A DNA stretch of 64,000 nt from Candidatus Kapaibacterium sp. (GTDB lineage: Bacteria; Patescibacteriota; Patescibacteriia; UBA9934), in assembly GCA_044350705.1 (NCBI GenBank), contig JBILHA010000002.1:306295-370294 (forward strand), in the 5' to 3' direction. The position numbers were made by a program, and so were the translations under genes. Shown here one piece after another: positions 19,491-29,814 of this stretch. Under the pieces are notes generated by a model, which worked only from the letters and a program-made list of their open reading frames with translations, had not been told where the DNA came from and did not search any database. The stretch's first letter is position 1, and each line of letters opens with the position of its first letter.

Positions 19491-20297
19491 TTATCTCTTG
19501 AAAAGTGCGCTGTAGTTTTCGTTACGTCCATCAATGCGGAGCATATCTTCCGATGACAGATCGAAATCAAAAACATTCGCGTTCTCCGCTATGCGTATGG
19601 GATTGCTCGACTTGGGAATCACCGCATTGCCGTGCTCGAGGGACCACCGAATCATGATTTGCGCGGGAGTCTTTTTATATTTGTTCGCAATTTCTTGGAT
19701 GATGTTGTCATTGAGTTTTTTTCCTCGTGTGAGCGGACTGTATGCCTCGAGCTGAATTCCTTTCTCTTTGCAGTACACGAGGAGTTCTTTTTGGTAGAGG
19801 AACGGACTGAACTCGACTTGATTCACTGCAGGAAGTATTTCACTTTTCTTTTGAAGCTCTTCAAGTTGTTTGATGGAGTAATTACTCACGCCAATGGCTT
19901 TTACTCTTTCTGAGGCGTACATCCTTTCAAGTGATTTCCAGGCGCGATTCTTTCCTGGCGTTGGCCAATGGAGGAGATAGAGATCGATGTAGTCAATATC
20001 AAGATTCTTTAAACTTCTCTCAAAAGCCTTTTCTGCAAATAAGTAATCCGTTGGCCAAAGTTTTGTCGTGACAAATATTTCTTCGCGAGGAATTCCGCTT
20101 TCGCGAATCACCTTTCCTACTGCTTGTTCATTTTTATAAAAGGCGGCGGTATCGAAATGACGATAGCCGATATCGAGCGCTGTCTTTATTGCCTGCTCCA
20201 CCTCTTGATCGGTCATTTGGTAAACGCCGAGACCAAGCGCGGGCATGCGTATGCCGTTGTTGAGTTTATACTTTGCAGAAAGGGAAAGTTCAGTCAT
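19491..20297 (-). CDS. aldo/keto reductase
   Basis: [34 protein letters not shown]. Confidence 0.96.
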   Translation of the reverse strand: MTELSLSAKYKLNNGIRMPALGLGVYQMTDQEVEQAIKTALDIGYRHFDTAAFYKNEQAVGKVIRESGIPREEIFVTTKLWPTDYLFAEKAFERSLKNLDIDYIDLYLLHWPTPGKNRAWKSLERMYASERVKAIGVSNYSIKQLEELQKKSEILPAVNQVEFSPFLYQKELLVYCKEKGIQLEAYSPLTRGKKLNDNIIQEIANKYKKTPAQIMIRWSLEHGNAVIPKSSNPIRIAENANVFDFDLSSEDMLRIDGRNENYSALFKR

Positions 20298-20357
20298 ATT
20301 TTTTTGTACTCCTCTCTTTTTAGCATCTTCAATCAAAAGATGGTAGACTCCTCTCTT

Positions 20358-20927
20358 ATGCAATCCGAATACGTCATGAGTGCTGTCTCTTTAGATGAGC
20401 TCCCCAAAAACGATAAGCCCCATATTGCCATGGTGGGGCGATCAAATGTAGGAAAATCATCGCTCATTAATTCGCTTACCCAGCGAAAAGATTTGGCGCG
20501 CGTAAGTACCGACCCAGGGCGCACGCAAACCATGAACTTGTATGCGATTGATCGGAAATTCTATTTGATGGATTTGCCGGGCTACGGATTCGCCAGAAAA
20601 TCCAAAGACCAACGAGAGGTTTTTGCTGAGATGATCGAAACGTACCTTCTCGAGACCCCTCAGCTGAAGCTCGTTCTTCTCATTATCGATGCGCGCACCG
20701 GACCTACTGAATTTGATCAGAACATGCTCGCCTTTCTTCAACTTCATCGTCTTCCTTTTGTGATGATCGTGAATAAAATGGACAAGTTAAAGAAAAATGC
20801 CGCAACCGCGCTTTTACACGACATTGCGACACATTTTTCTGATCTCCCCATTATTCCGCATTCGAATGTTGCGCAAGGAAACCGAGCAAAGATCTTGCAG
20901 GTCATTGATGAAGCGATACGGAGCTAG
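20358..20927 (+). CDS. engB: ribosome biogenesis GTPase YihA/YsxC
   Basis: GRSNVGKSS, PGRTQ, DLPGYGF, NKMDK. Confidence 0.95.
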   Translation: MQSEYVMSAVSLDELPKNDKPHIAMVGRSNVGKSSLINSLTQRKDLARVSTDPGRTQTMNLYAIDRKFYLMDLPGYGFARKSKDQREVFAEMIETYLLETPQLKLVLLIIDARTGPTEFDQNMLAFLQLHRLPFVMIVNKMDKLKKNAATALLHDIATHFSDLPIIPHSNVAQGNRAKILQVIDEAIRS

Positions 20928-21913
20928 CCGCGGAAGATGAGATAGAGAACGTAACCAATGTAGAGCGCTACAAAAATCACCCCCTGCCAGCGATCAAGCG
21001 TGTGACGCTTGCCCAGGAACATGCTCACGAAGAGTACTATCGTTGCTGCAATGCCCACTGCAACGTCCACGAGACCACCCGGCGGCAGTGGGAGGGGGCG
21101 AATCAATGCGGTAACGCCAAGAATCCAGAAGATGTTGAAGATATTCGAACCAACAACGTTCCCAATGGCGATATCCGAATTTCCGCGGTAGGCGGCGACT
21201 GCGGACGTTGCGAGTTCTGGGAGCGAGGTTCCCACCGCTACGATCGTGAGACCGATGAGCGTAGAACTTACGCCGAGAGCGGTAGCAAGAGATACCGCAC
21301 CATCAACAACGAGCTTTCCTCCAATCACGAGTCCCACCAAACCTCCAATGATACTCAGCCCCATTACCAGGCCGCTCATTTGTTTTTCTTTTGGTTCTTT
21401 TCCTCTTTTCTTTTGCGCTGCCTTGTTGGCTTCTTTTTCTGGAACGCTCTTTGTCAGTCCAAAGGTGTAGTAGAAAAATACTGCGAATAACCCCAGGAGC
21501 ACGAGCCCATCGGCACGCATGATCGCAGAAAAACTTGCGCCATCAATAAGCCCATCAGCGACGAGTACCCCCGCCATCAGCATCGCGAGCAGACTAAAAG
21601 GAATCTCCTTCCATGTTGTGCCCTTTTGTACAGTCAACGGTCGAATAATCGCGCAAATACCGAGAATGAACAGAATGTTTGCGATATTACTTCCTACGAC
21701 ATTTCCGAGCGCAATCTCCGTATTTCCCTGGAGAGCAGACGTAATACTTACCACTAGCTCGGGAGCTGATGTTCCGAATGCTACAATCGTCAGGCCAATC
21801 ACCAGCTGCGGAACACCAAAGCGCTTCGCAAGTGCGCTTGCACCTCCCACTAACCAATCTGCACCTTTAATCAAGAGGGGAAATCCTGCCAAGAGATAGA
21901 GAAGGCTCGTCAT
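20924..21913 (-). CDS. calcium/sodium antiporter (YrbG family)
   Basis: Two GTS.PEL / GNVVGSNI repeats. Confidence 0.95.
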   Translation of the reverse strand: MTSLLYLLAGFPLLIKGADWLVGGASALAKRFGVPQLVIGLTIVAFGTSAPELVVSITSALQGNTEIALGNVVGSNIANILFILGICAIIRPLTVQKGTTWKEIPFSLLAMLMAGVLVADGLIDGASFSAIMRADGLVLLGLFAVFFYYTFGLTKSVPEKEANKAAQKKRGKEPKEKQMSGLVMGLSIIGGLVGLVIGGKLVVDGAVSLATALGVSSTLIGLTIVAVGTSLPELATSAVAAYRGNSDIAIGNVVGSNIFNIFWILGVTALIRPLPLPPGGLVDVAVGIAATIVLFVSMFLGKRHTLDRWQGVIFVALYIGYVLYLIFRG

Positions 21914-22084
21914 ATGTGGCAAAAGTATAGCGCCCTCTTTTTTTCATGATCATGATCTCGGCAACTCTTGTTTGCGCGTATTTTCTCCATTGCATAATAC
22001 TTCATCTGCTGCCTTTTTTTCGCAAGATATCACTCTATTTGTCATGCGGATGAAAACAAAAACACCCCGTAACGGGGTGTTTTT

Positions 22085-23455
22085 TTAGTAGCTCATCGTT
22101 CCACTTGGAAGCTTTTCAAGATCTGCATTCGCAATACCGAGACTCAAGAATCGCATAATGTCATATGCCTCATCACCGTCTTTCATGTAAATGCGTCGGC
22201 AAGTATCTGGATGGATGTACCATGCTTCGCCATGCTCTTCGACCTGGAGAAGAATATATCCCTTTAATCGGTTTGCGAGCGCGTTTGAGGAACAGATGCT
22301 TGTGGACGTAAGCATTTCTGCAGATGATGCTACGGAAGGTATCTTGGCGAGATCGGCATTGGTTATTCCGAGACTGAATGAACGCATCATTTCGTAGGCA
22401 ATATCACCATTGGCCATGTAGTAACGCAAGCTATTGTTTGGATTGATATACCATGCTTCGCCATGCTCTTCGACCTGGAGAAGGATGCGGCCCTTGAGAC
22501 GCGCAACCATCGCTGCATCATGTTTTTCAGGAACATATTTTCCTGCTTCAGGCTCAGCTCCTATCGATTCACCCCCATCATCAGTTTCTAAGACCTCTTC
22601 TCGGTTATGGTCTTCGTCATCTTCGTCCGATTCACTTTCTGTTTGCTCCACCTCATCTGAAGATCCGAACACGTCTTCTCGTGCTGCTTCGTCAGAAGCA
22701 AAGTTATAGCAATTTCCGTCAAAGCAGAAGGTATTTTCAGTTGAGTAAAGCGTATCGTAATCGCGTACTGCAATATCAGCGCCAAATGCATCTTCTAAGA
22801 TCGCATTGATACTTTGAAGATAACTGATGCTATTGATTTCTCCCGTCACTGCCGCGGTAGGAATGGCAAAGAAATTTCCTAAAGTATCAAATGCTCCTCC
22901 TCCGGAATTTCCCTGATCGATGTCTACGTCAGATTTGAACCAGTTGGTTCCTGTAAATCCCGAGATGCTTCCTATACTTGCAGTAATGGTTGCACCGCCT
23001 GTAGACGGATATCCGAGAACATAGATGCTCTCGTTGAGTACCATAGCGTCAGAATTGGCAAATTCTACGTAGCTATCCAGCTCATGGGGACTCCCATCAT
23101 CGTTTTCTACGGCCATGATGGCGTAGTCAAAGTAGTCATCATATCTTCCGACTACTGGCTCGAGCCAAAAGCTAAATTCCGGCTCTACGTATGATGAGGT
23201 ACTGATTCCTCCAATACAGTCCTCGTAGTAGTATCCGTCTTCGTCGGCAACCACGTGAGCATTGGTAATGACATGAGATTCTCCGATCGCCACTCCAGAA
23301 CCTGAAACTACGGGAATAAATTCGTCATTCTCCCAATTTCCACATTCGATGTAAACGATGTTACGGATATTGCTTTCGATATCCGTTGTTGCCCCCACGG
23401 GAAGTGGGCTCGCTAAAATACTTAGCGCAGCAATGGGAGCAATGAATTTCTTCAT
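22085..23455 (-). CDS. secreted trypsin-like serine protease with duplicated C-terminal repeat
   Basis: TNAHVV, DYA, GNSGG; two LKG.ILLQVEEHGEAWYI repeats. Confidence 0.9.
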   Translation of the reverse strand: MKKFIAPIAALSILASPLPVGATTDIESNIRNIVYIECGNWENDEFIPVVSGSGVAIGESHVITNAHVVADEDGYYYEDCIGGISTSSYVEPEFSFWLEPVVGRYDDYFDYAIMAVENDDGSPHELDSYVEFANSDAMVLNESIYVLGYPSTGGATITASIGSISGFTGTNWFKSDVDIDQGNSGGGAFDTLGNFFAIPTAAVTGEINSISYLQSINAILEDAFGADIAVRDYDTLYSTENTFCFDGNCYNFASDEAAREDVFGSSDEVEQTESESDEDDEDHNREEVLETDDGGESIGAEPEAGKYVPEKHDAAMVARLKGRILLQVEEHGEAWYINPNNSLRYYMANGDIAYEMMRSFSLGITNADLAKIPSVASSAEMLTSTSICSSNALANRLKGYILLQVEEHGEAWYIHPDTCRRIYMKDGDEAYDIMRFLSLGIANADLEKLPSGTMSY

Positions 23456-23778
23456 AGGTTTTCAGTTATGAGATTTTGGTTGAGTATGCATGAATGACTT
23501 TGTAGCAGCAATAAAGACGGTGGATGTCTTGCTCCTTGTAAAAATCTTTTCCTTGAAAATGCGTGGCCAGAGGGTGTCTTGAGATATTTTTCAAAATCTC
23601 GTGCCTGTTCTTTTATTGAAAGGCATGCGTACCAAACCAATTTCCACGGACGATATTTTCTTGTGTATGAGGATTTTCCTTCATGATGTTCTCTTAACCT
23701 TGTTTTTACTTCTCTTGAAGTTAGTCCGTAGTAATATTTTCCACTACTTAAGCTTCGAATAATGTATGTCGTAAACAT
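23452..23778 (-). CDS. small stand-alone GIY-YIG nuclease
   Basis: TYIIRS...YYGLT, RLREHH.G, YT..YRPWKLV, FEKYLK. Confidence 0.9.
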   Translation of the reverse strand: MFTTYIIRSLSSGKYYYGLTSREVKTRLREHHEGKSSYTRKYRPWKLVWYACLSIKEQARDFEKYLKTPSGHAFSRKRFLQGARHPPSLLLLQSHSCILNQNLITENL

Positions 23779-23848
23779 AACTCTCTTAGCTTAACAAATA
23801 AAAAGAACAACGCACTTTTGCTCGTTGTTCTTTTACTTCTTTTATGAC

Positions 23849-23945
23849 ATTGCCCCACTCCGCTCCAGCGGAGCTTCGTTGGGGGCAATCCCACTTCGTC
23901 TTTTGGTTCGACATCCCTAACGGAGCCCGAAGGGCGAAGTGGGAT
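23849..23945. repeat. two adjacent REP-like palindromes at the tRNA-Ser 3' end
   Basis: ATTGCCCC..CTCCGC/GCGGAG..GGGGCAAT and ATCCCACTTCG...CGAAGTGGGAT. Confidence 0.7.
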
Positions 23946-24035
23946 GGCGGAGAAGGAGGGATTCGAACCCTCGATACCCTTTCGGGTATACCGGATTTCG
24001 AGTCCGGCGCATTCGACCAACTCTGCCACCTCTCC
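23945..24035 (-). tRNA. tRNA-Ser(CGA)
   Basis: GGAGAGG...CTTCTCCGCCA; anticodon arm CCGGA-CTCGAAA-TCCGG; long variable arm. Confidence 0.96.
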
Positions 24036-24087
24036 AAGGTCTTTGCGGGCATCAGTGTATCCAATTCGCGTTTTTTCTACAAGAAAG

Positions 24088-24423
24088 CTATCTCACTTTT
24101 ACCAGACAGCTCACATCTCGCATTTCCTGGATAAATCCCTCAATGGGACTTTCTTTTTTCCCCATCAAGATACGGAGTTGTCGCAGGACTTCTTCTTTTA
24201 CAATCCCGCTTCCGTGGCCATAGATAATGCGCACGATTTTTCCTAAGTTTCGATATATGAGATGTTCGAGCTCAAAAGCGACCGCATCGCGTGGAAGGCC
24301 GTGGAGATCAGCAAAGGGCAAAGTAGGATCTAGTGACGCGATCGTCAGTTCTCCTTCTAACGTAAGAGGAGCACTTGCGCGCTCCTCTTGGGAATCTCTT
24401 TTCTTATTCCACTTTCGTTTCAT
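24088..24423 (-). CDS. Smr/MutS2-domain protein
   Basis: DLHG and RIIYGHGSG motifs. Confidence 0.85.
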   Translation of the reverse strand: MKRKWNKKRDSQEERASAPLTLEGELTIASLDPTLPFADLHGLPRDAVAFELEHLIYRNLGKIVRIIYGHGSGIVKEEVLRQLRILMGKKESPIEGFIQEMRDVSCLVKVR

Positions 24424-24427
24424 AGGC

Positions 24428-25498
24428 CTATGCCTTTCCCATCATCTCCTTGAATGCGTCAACGTACGGAATGGCGGTTGTTTGTTCTTTATTCATCATG
24501 GCGAGATACCAGGAAACGTAGCTTGAGAACTGGAGCACCTCACACGCTTCTTCAAGGAGATCTTTTCCGCGTGCAACGTAATCAACGACATGAATGCCAA
24601 TCTCCTCCCCCATGTCCGCGGTCACCGTAAAACGCTTCCGCGTACGAGGATGGTAAAGGGAAGAGTGCAAGAAAAGCATTGCGGTGTTTTTCGAAAAATC
24701 CTTCGGATGAGAGAAGCTTTCGAGGAGGTGATGGTTGAGCTCGGGAAGTACGAAATAGGTTGCGAATTGTTTTCCGGTCTCATTGATTTGATTCGCAAAA
24801 ATATGTGCGTTACCCCCGAGATGCTCTGCGCCCACCACAAGCACATGCTTTTCCGCGATTGCTGCAGCGACTTGTTTTGCAGGATTTTCATCAAAGGCAA
24901 CATCGTTTGCGCACAGATCTGTCACTTCTGCCATCGCAGAAATTGCACGACGAATATCCTCTTCTTTTGCTAAGGAGATTCCTGCGCGGGCAAGAAGTCC
25001 GAGGATTCCCGCAAAAGAAAAACCGATTCCCAAACGAGGCTGCTTGGCAAGATCACCGGGAGTAAAAATGTACGCAGGCACCTCATGCTTTTTTGCCCAT
25101 GCCGCAAGCGTTCCCCCTGCAGCAATAACGAGAAGCTTCGCTTTCTTTTTACGTGCATCATCTGCCGCTGCGAGTACCTCTTCAGTGGTTCCAGAATAGC
25201 TTGAAAGAATCACCAGGGCGTCGGTTCCCACCCATGCAGGAATGGAATAATCGCGCACAATAGAAAATGGCATTTTTCCTTTCTTTTGAAAAAGATCTTG
25301 GAGAACATGCGCGCCAAGTGCTGACCCCCCCATCCCCACCACGACAATGTGCTTTACTTTTGCATAGGTCTTTGGAATCGCAACCTCCTGCGCATCATGC
25401 CAAGCCATGTGCACCTGCTCTGCAAGACGATCAATGCCAAAACCTATGTCGTCCGGGTCGTGCTTGGCGTAAATACGGATATCATCGAGTACATGCAT
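24428..25498 (-). CDS. bifunctional phosphoglucose/phosphomannose isomerase
   Basis: GMGGS, SSYSGTTEE, QPR, NETGK, PELNH. Confidence 0.92.
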   Translation of the reverse strand: MHVLDDIRIYAKHDPDDIGFGIDRLAEQVHMAWHDAQEVAIPKTYAKVKHIVVVGMGGSALGAHVLQDLFQKKGKMPFSIVRDYSIPAWVGTDALVILSSYSGTTEEVLAAADDARKKKAKLLVIAAGGTLAAWAKKHEVPAYIFTPGDLAKQPRLGIGFSFAGILGLLARAGISLAKEEDIRRAISAMAEVTDLCANDVAFDENPAKQVAAAIAEKHVLVVGAEHLGGNAHIFANQINETGKQFATYFVLPELNHHLLESFSHPKDFSKNTAMLFLHSSLYHPRTRKRFTVTADMGEEIGIHVVDYVARGKDLLEEACEVLQFSSYVSWYLAMMNKEQTTAIPYVDAFKEMMGKA

Positions 25499-25501
25499 AG
25501 T

Positions 25502-26665
25502 TTATTCCCACACTTTCCCAATCATTCCTGCAAGGCGCATGCGATCAGCCATGTTTCCCAGAAGAATGACCCCCACTAAAATATTCTTTCTGATAAAAAT
25601 TTGTACGTATCCGGTATCAGCAGGCATCACTTTTACTTCGTCTGCTGTATCTTTTTGTACATCGCCTAGGAAAGCGATTTTACAGCCCAGAAGCTCAGTC
25701 GTGTATTGCGAGAGGGGGAGCTCAGCAGGCGCTTCTCCTCGACACATTTTCCCTACTTTTCTTCCCTCCTGTTGCGCATGGGCCCAATTGCCGTGAATTC
25801 GGGAACGCCTCGTGAAGGCATCTGTTGTTTGCGCAACATCTCCTGCAGTATACACATCCGCTGCAGAAGTGAGGAGATTTTCTTGCGCGAGTATTCCTTC
25901 TTGTACTTCTACGCCAGCCCCTCCAGCCAGCTCAGTTTCTGGCTCTGCACCAATTCCTACCCCAAGAAAATGTGCCGGGTATTCTTTTCCGTGGATATCT
26001 TTTATCCCGATCAGCGCATCACCTTCGGTGCAGATTTCAATATCTCCCACATCTTCATACACCCCCACCCCCTCAGAGGTAAGCACGTCGCGCAGGACTT
26101 GCTGCCCTTCTGAAAGAAGGGTTTTGGACCAAAATCCTTTTCCTCGCAAAAGTACCCGCGGTTTCTTTCCTGCTTTCACGAGCGCATTGATGAATTCACA
26201 CGAAATGAATCCTCCTCCATATACCACCGCCTCATCCTCCAACGTTAGCCTCCCTATATGCTCCCTTATGCCATCAGCATCACTGAGCGTATAGAGATAA
26301 TGAACCCCCTTTGCATGTTCTCCGAGCAAGCGCGGGCGCGTCCCAGTTGCGATAATGAGTACATCGTAGGAGAGCTCCCGATCGTCGGAGATGCGGACAA
26401 ATTTGTTTCGCGTATCAATCTCCCATGCTTCGGTTCCGGAAAGGTAGGAAATATTTTTTTCCGCGTACCACGCTTCTGACTTTAAAAATACCTTTTCTCG
26501 AGGAATGACTCCTTTTACATAATGCGGCAAAAGTACGCGAGAATAGAGCGGATTATTTTCTCGCTCAATGATAAAAATGTCACACGCGGCGTCTTTTGCA
26601 CGTATTTCTTCTGCGGCACTTACGCCGGCAATTCCCCCGCCAATAATGACAACGGTTTTTGACAT
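25502..26665 (-). CDS. FAD/NAD(P)-dependent oxidoreductase (ferredoxin/rubredoxin reductase-like)
   Basis: IIGGGIAG, LIIATG, GGGFI, YTAGD. Confidence 0.9.
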   Translation of the reverse strand: MSKTVVIIGGGIAGVSAAEEIRAKDAACDIFIIERENNPLYSRVLLPHYVKGVIPREKVFLKSEAWYAEKNISYLSGTEAWEIDTRNKFVRISDDRELSYDVLIIATGTRPRLLGEHAKGVHYLYTLSDADGIREHIGRLTLEDEAVVYGGGFISCEFINALVKAGKKPRVLLRGKGFWSKTLLSEGQQVLRDVLTSEGVGVYEDVGDIEICTEGDALIGIKDIHGKEYPAHFLGVGIGAEPETELAGGAGVEVQEGILAQENLLTSAADVYTAGDVAQTTDAFTRRSRIHGNWAHAQQEGRKVGKMCRGEAPAELPLSQYTTELLGCKIAFLGDVQKDTADEVKVMPADTGYVQIFIRKNILVGVILLGNMADRMRLAGMIGKVWE

Positions 26666-26666
26666 G

Positions 26667-26927
26667 CTACGGATAGAGCTTGTTTCCTGTTTCATCGAAT
26701 ACTTCAATGGCGAGGGTTGGGCATGATTGCGCGCCCATGATCACGGTTTCAAGTTGCTCAGGCGTGAGCTCAACCTCGCGTGCATAGCTTGGACCATCAG
26801 GAGCTTGGCCGTGCTCCAGCACTTCTGCTTTATTCTCGGTATTCAGCGTAAACGCTTCAGGAGCAATCGTGACGCAGCTTGCGGCGCCAATACACAGGTC
26901 TGGGTCTACAACAATGCGGTACTTCAT
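26667..26927 (-). CDS. single-cluster ferredoxin, probably [3Fe-4S]
   Basis: CIGAASC...CP. Confidence 0.9.
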   Translation of the reverse strand: MKYRIVVDPDLCIGAASCVTIAPEAFTLNTENKAEVLEHGQAPDGPSYAREVELTPEQLETVIMGAQSCPTLAIEVFDETGNKLYP

Positions 26928-26932
26928 AAAAT

Positions 26933-28033
26933 CTATAAAAGCATACGTTTCAGCACCTCTGCCGTCAACGCCCCCGCACGGGATGCCTCTCCTAAGGTGA
27001 GGGGATGTCCAAAGGAAAATCGTACGGTTGAGCGTATTTCTTCTTCAGACATTCCTAGTGCCCTGAGCACATGACTCCGCTCCCCTTCACGTTTACATGC
27101 TGATGCCGCTGAACACGCTATCCCTGCCGCATCTAACCGAAGAACCAGCTCTTCGGCATCTTTTCCGAAGAAGGTAATGCTGACAATATGCGAAGCGGTA
27201 TTTTTCCCATCATTTATTCTCATCTCTCCGCTTCCTTTTTGCATCTCTTTCAGAAAGGCTTCCTTGCACGCACGTACGTGTACCACCCGCTGCGTTCGCT
27301 CTTTTTTCAAGAGCGCACATGCTTCTCCGAAACCTACGATACCAGGAACATTTTCTGTTCCCGGACGGAGTCTCTGCTCCTGAGTTCCTCCATTCCATAC
27401 CTTTGCGATAGGTGTTCCTTTTCTTACAAAAAGTGCCCCCATCCCTTTTGGCCCATACATTTTTGCCGCACCAAAGCTCGCTAAATCTAACGGAGTACGT
27501 TCACAAGAAATCTCTTCTGTCACTATTGCCTGCGCAATGTCTGAGTGTAGAAGAGGACGACGACCGTGCGTCTTTTCTATTTTTTGCAGTCGGATTGCAA
27601 GATCGTGAATATCTGCAATATGTCCGGTTTCATTATTTACCCACATCGAAGAGATGAGCGTCACTCCCTCGGATAGCAGCTCTTCAATAGACGTTTCCTG
27701 TTTCCACTCGTACGCCCCGTTCTCTTCAGGCAATCCCGCCTGATGCTCCGTCTTTGCAATTGCCTGTTTTCCCCCTAATTTTCTTTGTACTCCTTGGAGC
27801 GCGAGGTTGAGTGATTCTGTTGTTCCACTGGTAAAAACAATCTCTTCCGGCTGTGCATGGAGCAGTTCTGCTACTTGCTGCCGAGCATACTGTATCGCTT
27901 TCAGTGCATCCTGACCTTCTTTATGGACACTTGAGGGGTTTCCGAATACCTCCGAAAAAAATGGCTCCATTTTTTCCTTTACCCGTGGGTCAAGGGGTGT
28001 TGCAGCTGCGTAATCAAGATATATTCGCTTCAT
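26933..28033 (-). CDS. cysteine desulfurase (IscS/NifS group I)
   Basis: YLDYAAATP, GNPSS, KMYGPKG, RPGTEN, SAASAC. Confidence 0.92.
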   Translation of the reverse strand: MKRIYLDYAAATPLDPRVKEKMEPFFSEVFGNPSSVHKEGQDALKAIQYARQQVAELLHAQPEEIVFTSGTTESLNLALQGVQRKLGGKQAIAKTEHQAGLPEENGAYEWKQETSIEELLSEGVTLISSMWVNNETGHIADIHDLAIRLQKIEKTHGRRPLLHSDIAQAIVTEEISCERTPLDLASFGAAKMYGPKGMGALFVRKGTPIAKVWNGGTQEQRLRPGTENVPGIVGFGEACALLKKERTQRVVHVRACKEAFLKEMQKGSGEMRINDGKNTASHIVSITFFGKDAEELVLRLDAAGIACSAASACKREGERSHVLRALGMSEEEIRSTVRFSFGHPLTLGEASRAGALTAEVLKRMLL

Positions 28034-29031
28034 ACCGTATCTTCGCAATTTCCGTACGTTGCCGCATAACAACGCACACCTTCGTGCGACACGCCAATAC
28101 GTAAGCTTCCCTTATGGTATACCTTCGCTTTTACGAGACTGTACATTCTTGGTTCGCGCACCTGTACATACGTCTTTCCTCGCTCTTCTTCTATATCTTC
28201 TCCTCGCATCTCAGGAGCAAGAGGCGCTCCGTTTAGCGATACCTCTAACCTCGCGCTTTTTCCTTCGGGGGCTTCAAGAACAAGATTTACCGAATACGCG
28301 CGATACTGAAAGCGGAGATATTCATACATCCCCGACACCGCGCGTGCGTGTTCGATGTATTCTCCGTGCACTTTCCAGTGTCCGTGCAGTGTTGCTACTC
28401 CTTCTTCCTGAATCGCTTCATCATCCGTACATGCAAGTTCCTCACCCGGCAATGCATCGCATGTATTCTCAATCTTTCCCCGAAGGAATCCAAAATATGT
28501 TTCCTGTGTGGTTCGATAACAGACCTTCCCCCCCACGGAGGCATCAGGGCCAATTGCCGGCAGATCTTTTGCACCGATTTTTCTTAATTCCTCTTGAATC
28601 GCAAGTTCAGTTGTCGCATAGGCACCTTCTCCCGCATGGTCGTACACCACCACTCCTTCTGCGTTCACTAAAAATTTTCTTGGCCAGACCCGATTTGCAT
28701 ACAGCTTCCATAGTGCATATTCATCATCAAGCAATACCGGGTACGTGATGCCAAGGCGCTCGAGAGCATCTTTAACATGATCTGGATTTTTCTCAAAAGC
28801 AAATTCTGGAGTATGCACTCCAATGACCACCAACCCCTCTTTTTCATAGGTTTTGTGCCAGCGCTTGAGATGGGGAAGGGTGCGAATACAATTTACGCAT
28901 GAGTAGGTCCAGAAATCTACAAGTACGACCTTGCCGCGCAGTTCGCGCATCGTGAGGGGACCCCCTTGAAGCCATGGTGTTTCTGGAGGAAATTCCGGCG
29001 CGCGCACGCGCCCATAATGATGTACGAACAT
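28030..29031 (-). CDS. DipZ-like thioredoxin-domain protein lacking the CcdA part
   Basis: VDFWTYSCVNC, IGVHTPEF, HAGEGAY. Confidence 0.9.
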   Translation of the reverse strand: MFVHHYGRVRAPEFPPETPWLQGGPLTMRELRGKVVLVDFWTYSCVNCIRTLPHLKRWHKTYEKEGLVVIGVHTPEFAFEKNPDHVKDALERLGITYPVLLDDEYALWKLYANRVWPRKFLVNAEGVVVYDHAGEGAYATTELAIQEELRKIGAKDLPAIGPDASVGGKVCYRTTQETYFGFLRGKIENTCDALPGEELACTDDEAIQEEGVATLHGHWKVHGEYIEHARAVSGMYEYLRFQYRAYSVNLVLEAPEGKSARLEVSLNGAPLAPEMRGEDIEEERGKTYVQVREPRMYSLVKAKVYHKGSLRIGVSHEGVRCYAATYGNCEDTV

Positions 29032-29034
29032 ACC

Positions 29035-29721
29035 TTAAGAGAAATACACCGTATAAAATCGTCCGATCACCATCCCCAGAAGTGCCGCTCCTAAAGAAAC
29101 CGCGACCATTTCTAATCCGCTCTGGACTCGGTTTACTCCTGCAAGTGACGCTTTCCACACTCCCAAAAAGAAAAGCATCGTTACCGTAAGCAGTAATGCT
29201 GCAGGAAGTGCAAGCGCAAGAGGGAGCATGAGATAAGGGAGAAGCACGATCGCCCCTCCTATTATATAGAATATTCCCATGATACCCGCAGAAATAAGCG
29301 GGGCATCTCCCACCGCGGGGGACATTTTATATTCACATCGATGGACTTCTTTCAGCCACACTTTGCGCTCTTTCATGATGACATCGGTGACAATTGTCAC
29401 TTCTTTTGGATTGAGTCCCTTTCTTTTAAAGAATTGTTTCATGGTTTCTGCATCACTTACGCGTTCTGCGAGTACTCGTGACGCGTCTTGCCGCATGCGC
29501 TCTTCGTAGAGTTCTGTTGCCGCTTTAGACGACAGGTAGCTCCCCGCAGCCATTGAGAGCGCCTCAACGGTCACGAGCACCACTCCGGCAAGGAGTACGA
29601 TTTTTACCTCTCCACTCCCAACCGCCATTCCCGATACCGCTCCCAAGGTTGAAACAAAGCTATCTTCCAGCCCAAATACTACCTCTCGAATATTTGCCGA
29701 AATGCGCTTTCCTAGGGTCAT
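29035..29721 (-). CDS. VIT1/CCC1 iron/manganese transporter
   Basis: REVVFGLEDS, SMAAGSYLS. Confidence 0.92.
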   Translation of the reverse strand: MTLGKRISANIREVVFGLEDSFVSTLGAVSGMAVGSGEVKIVLLAGVVLVTVEALSMAAGSYLSSKAATELYEERMRQDASRVLAERVSDAETMKQFFKRKGLNPKEVTIVTDVIMKERKVWLKEVHRCEYKMSPAVGDAPLISAGIMGIFYIIGGAIVLLPYLMLPLALALPAALLLTVTMLFFLGVWKASLAGVNRVQSGLEMVAVSLGAALLGMVIGRFYTVYFS

Positions 29722-29814
29722 ATGCCATCCGTAGTATACCCCTTTTTGTTTTTCTGCTTGGGATAGAGTTCTTCACAAATTTTCAGGGGTGCTGGTATGA
29801 TGAAAAAAACGCCT

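Noticed and set aside
23748-24246. ORFs overlapping tRNA-Ser, and likewise 32160-32885, 63077-63316 and the 57217-57339 extension
   Set aside because: They are translations of tRNA sequence or antisense shadows of real genes.
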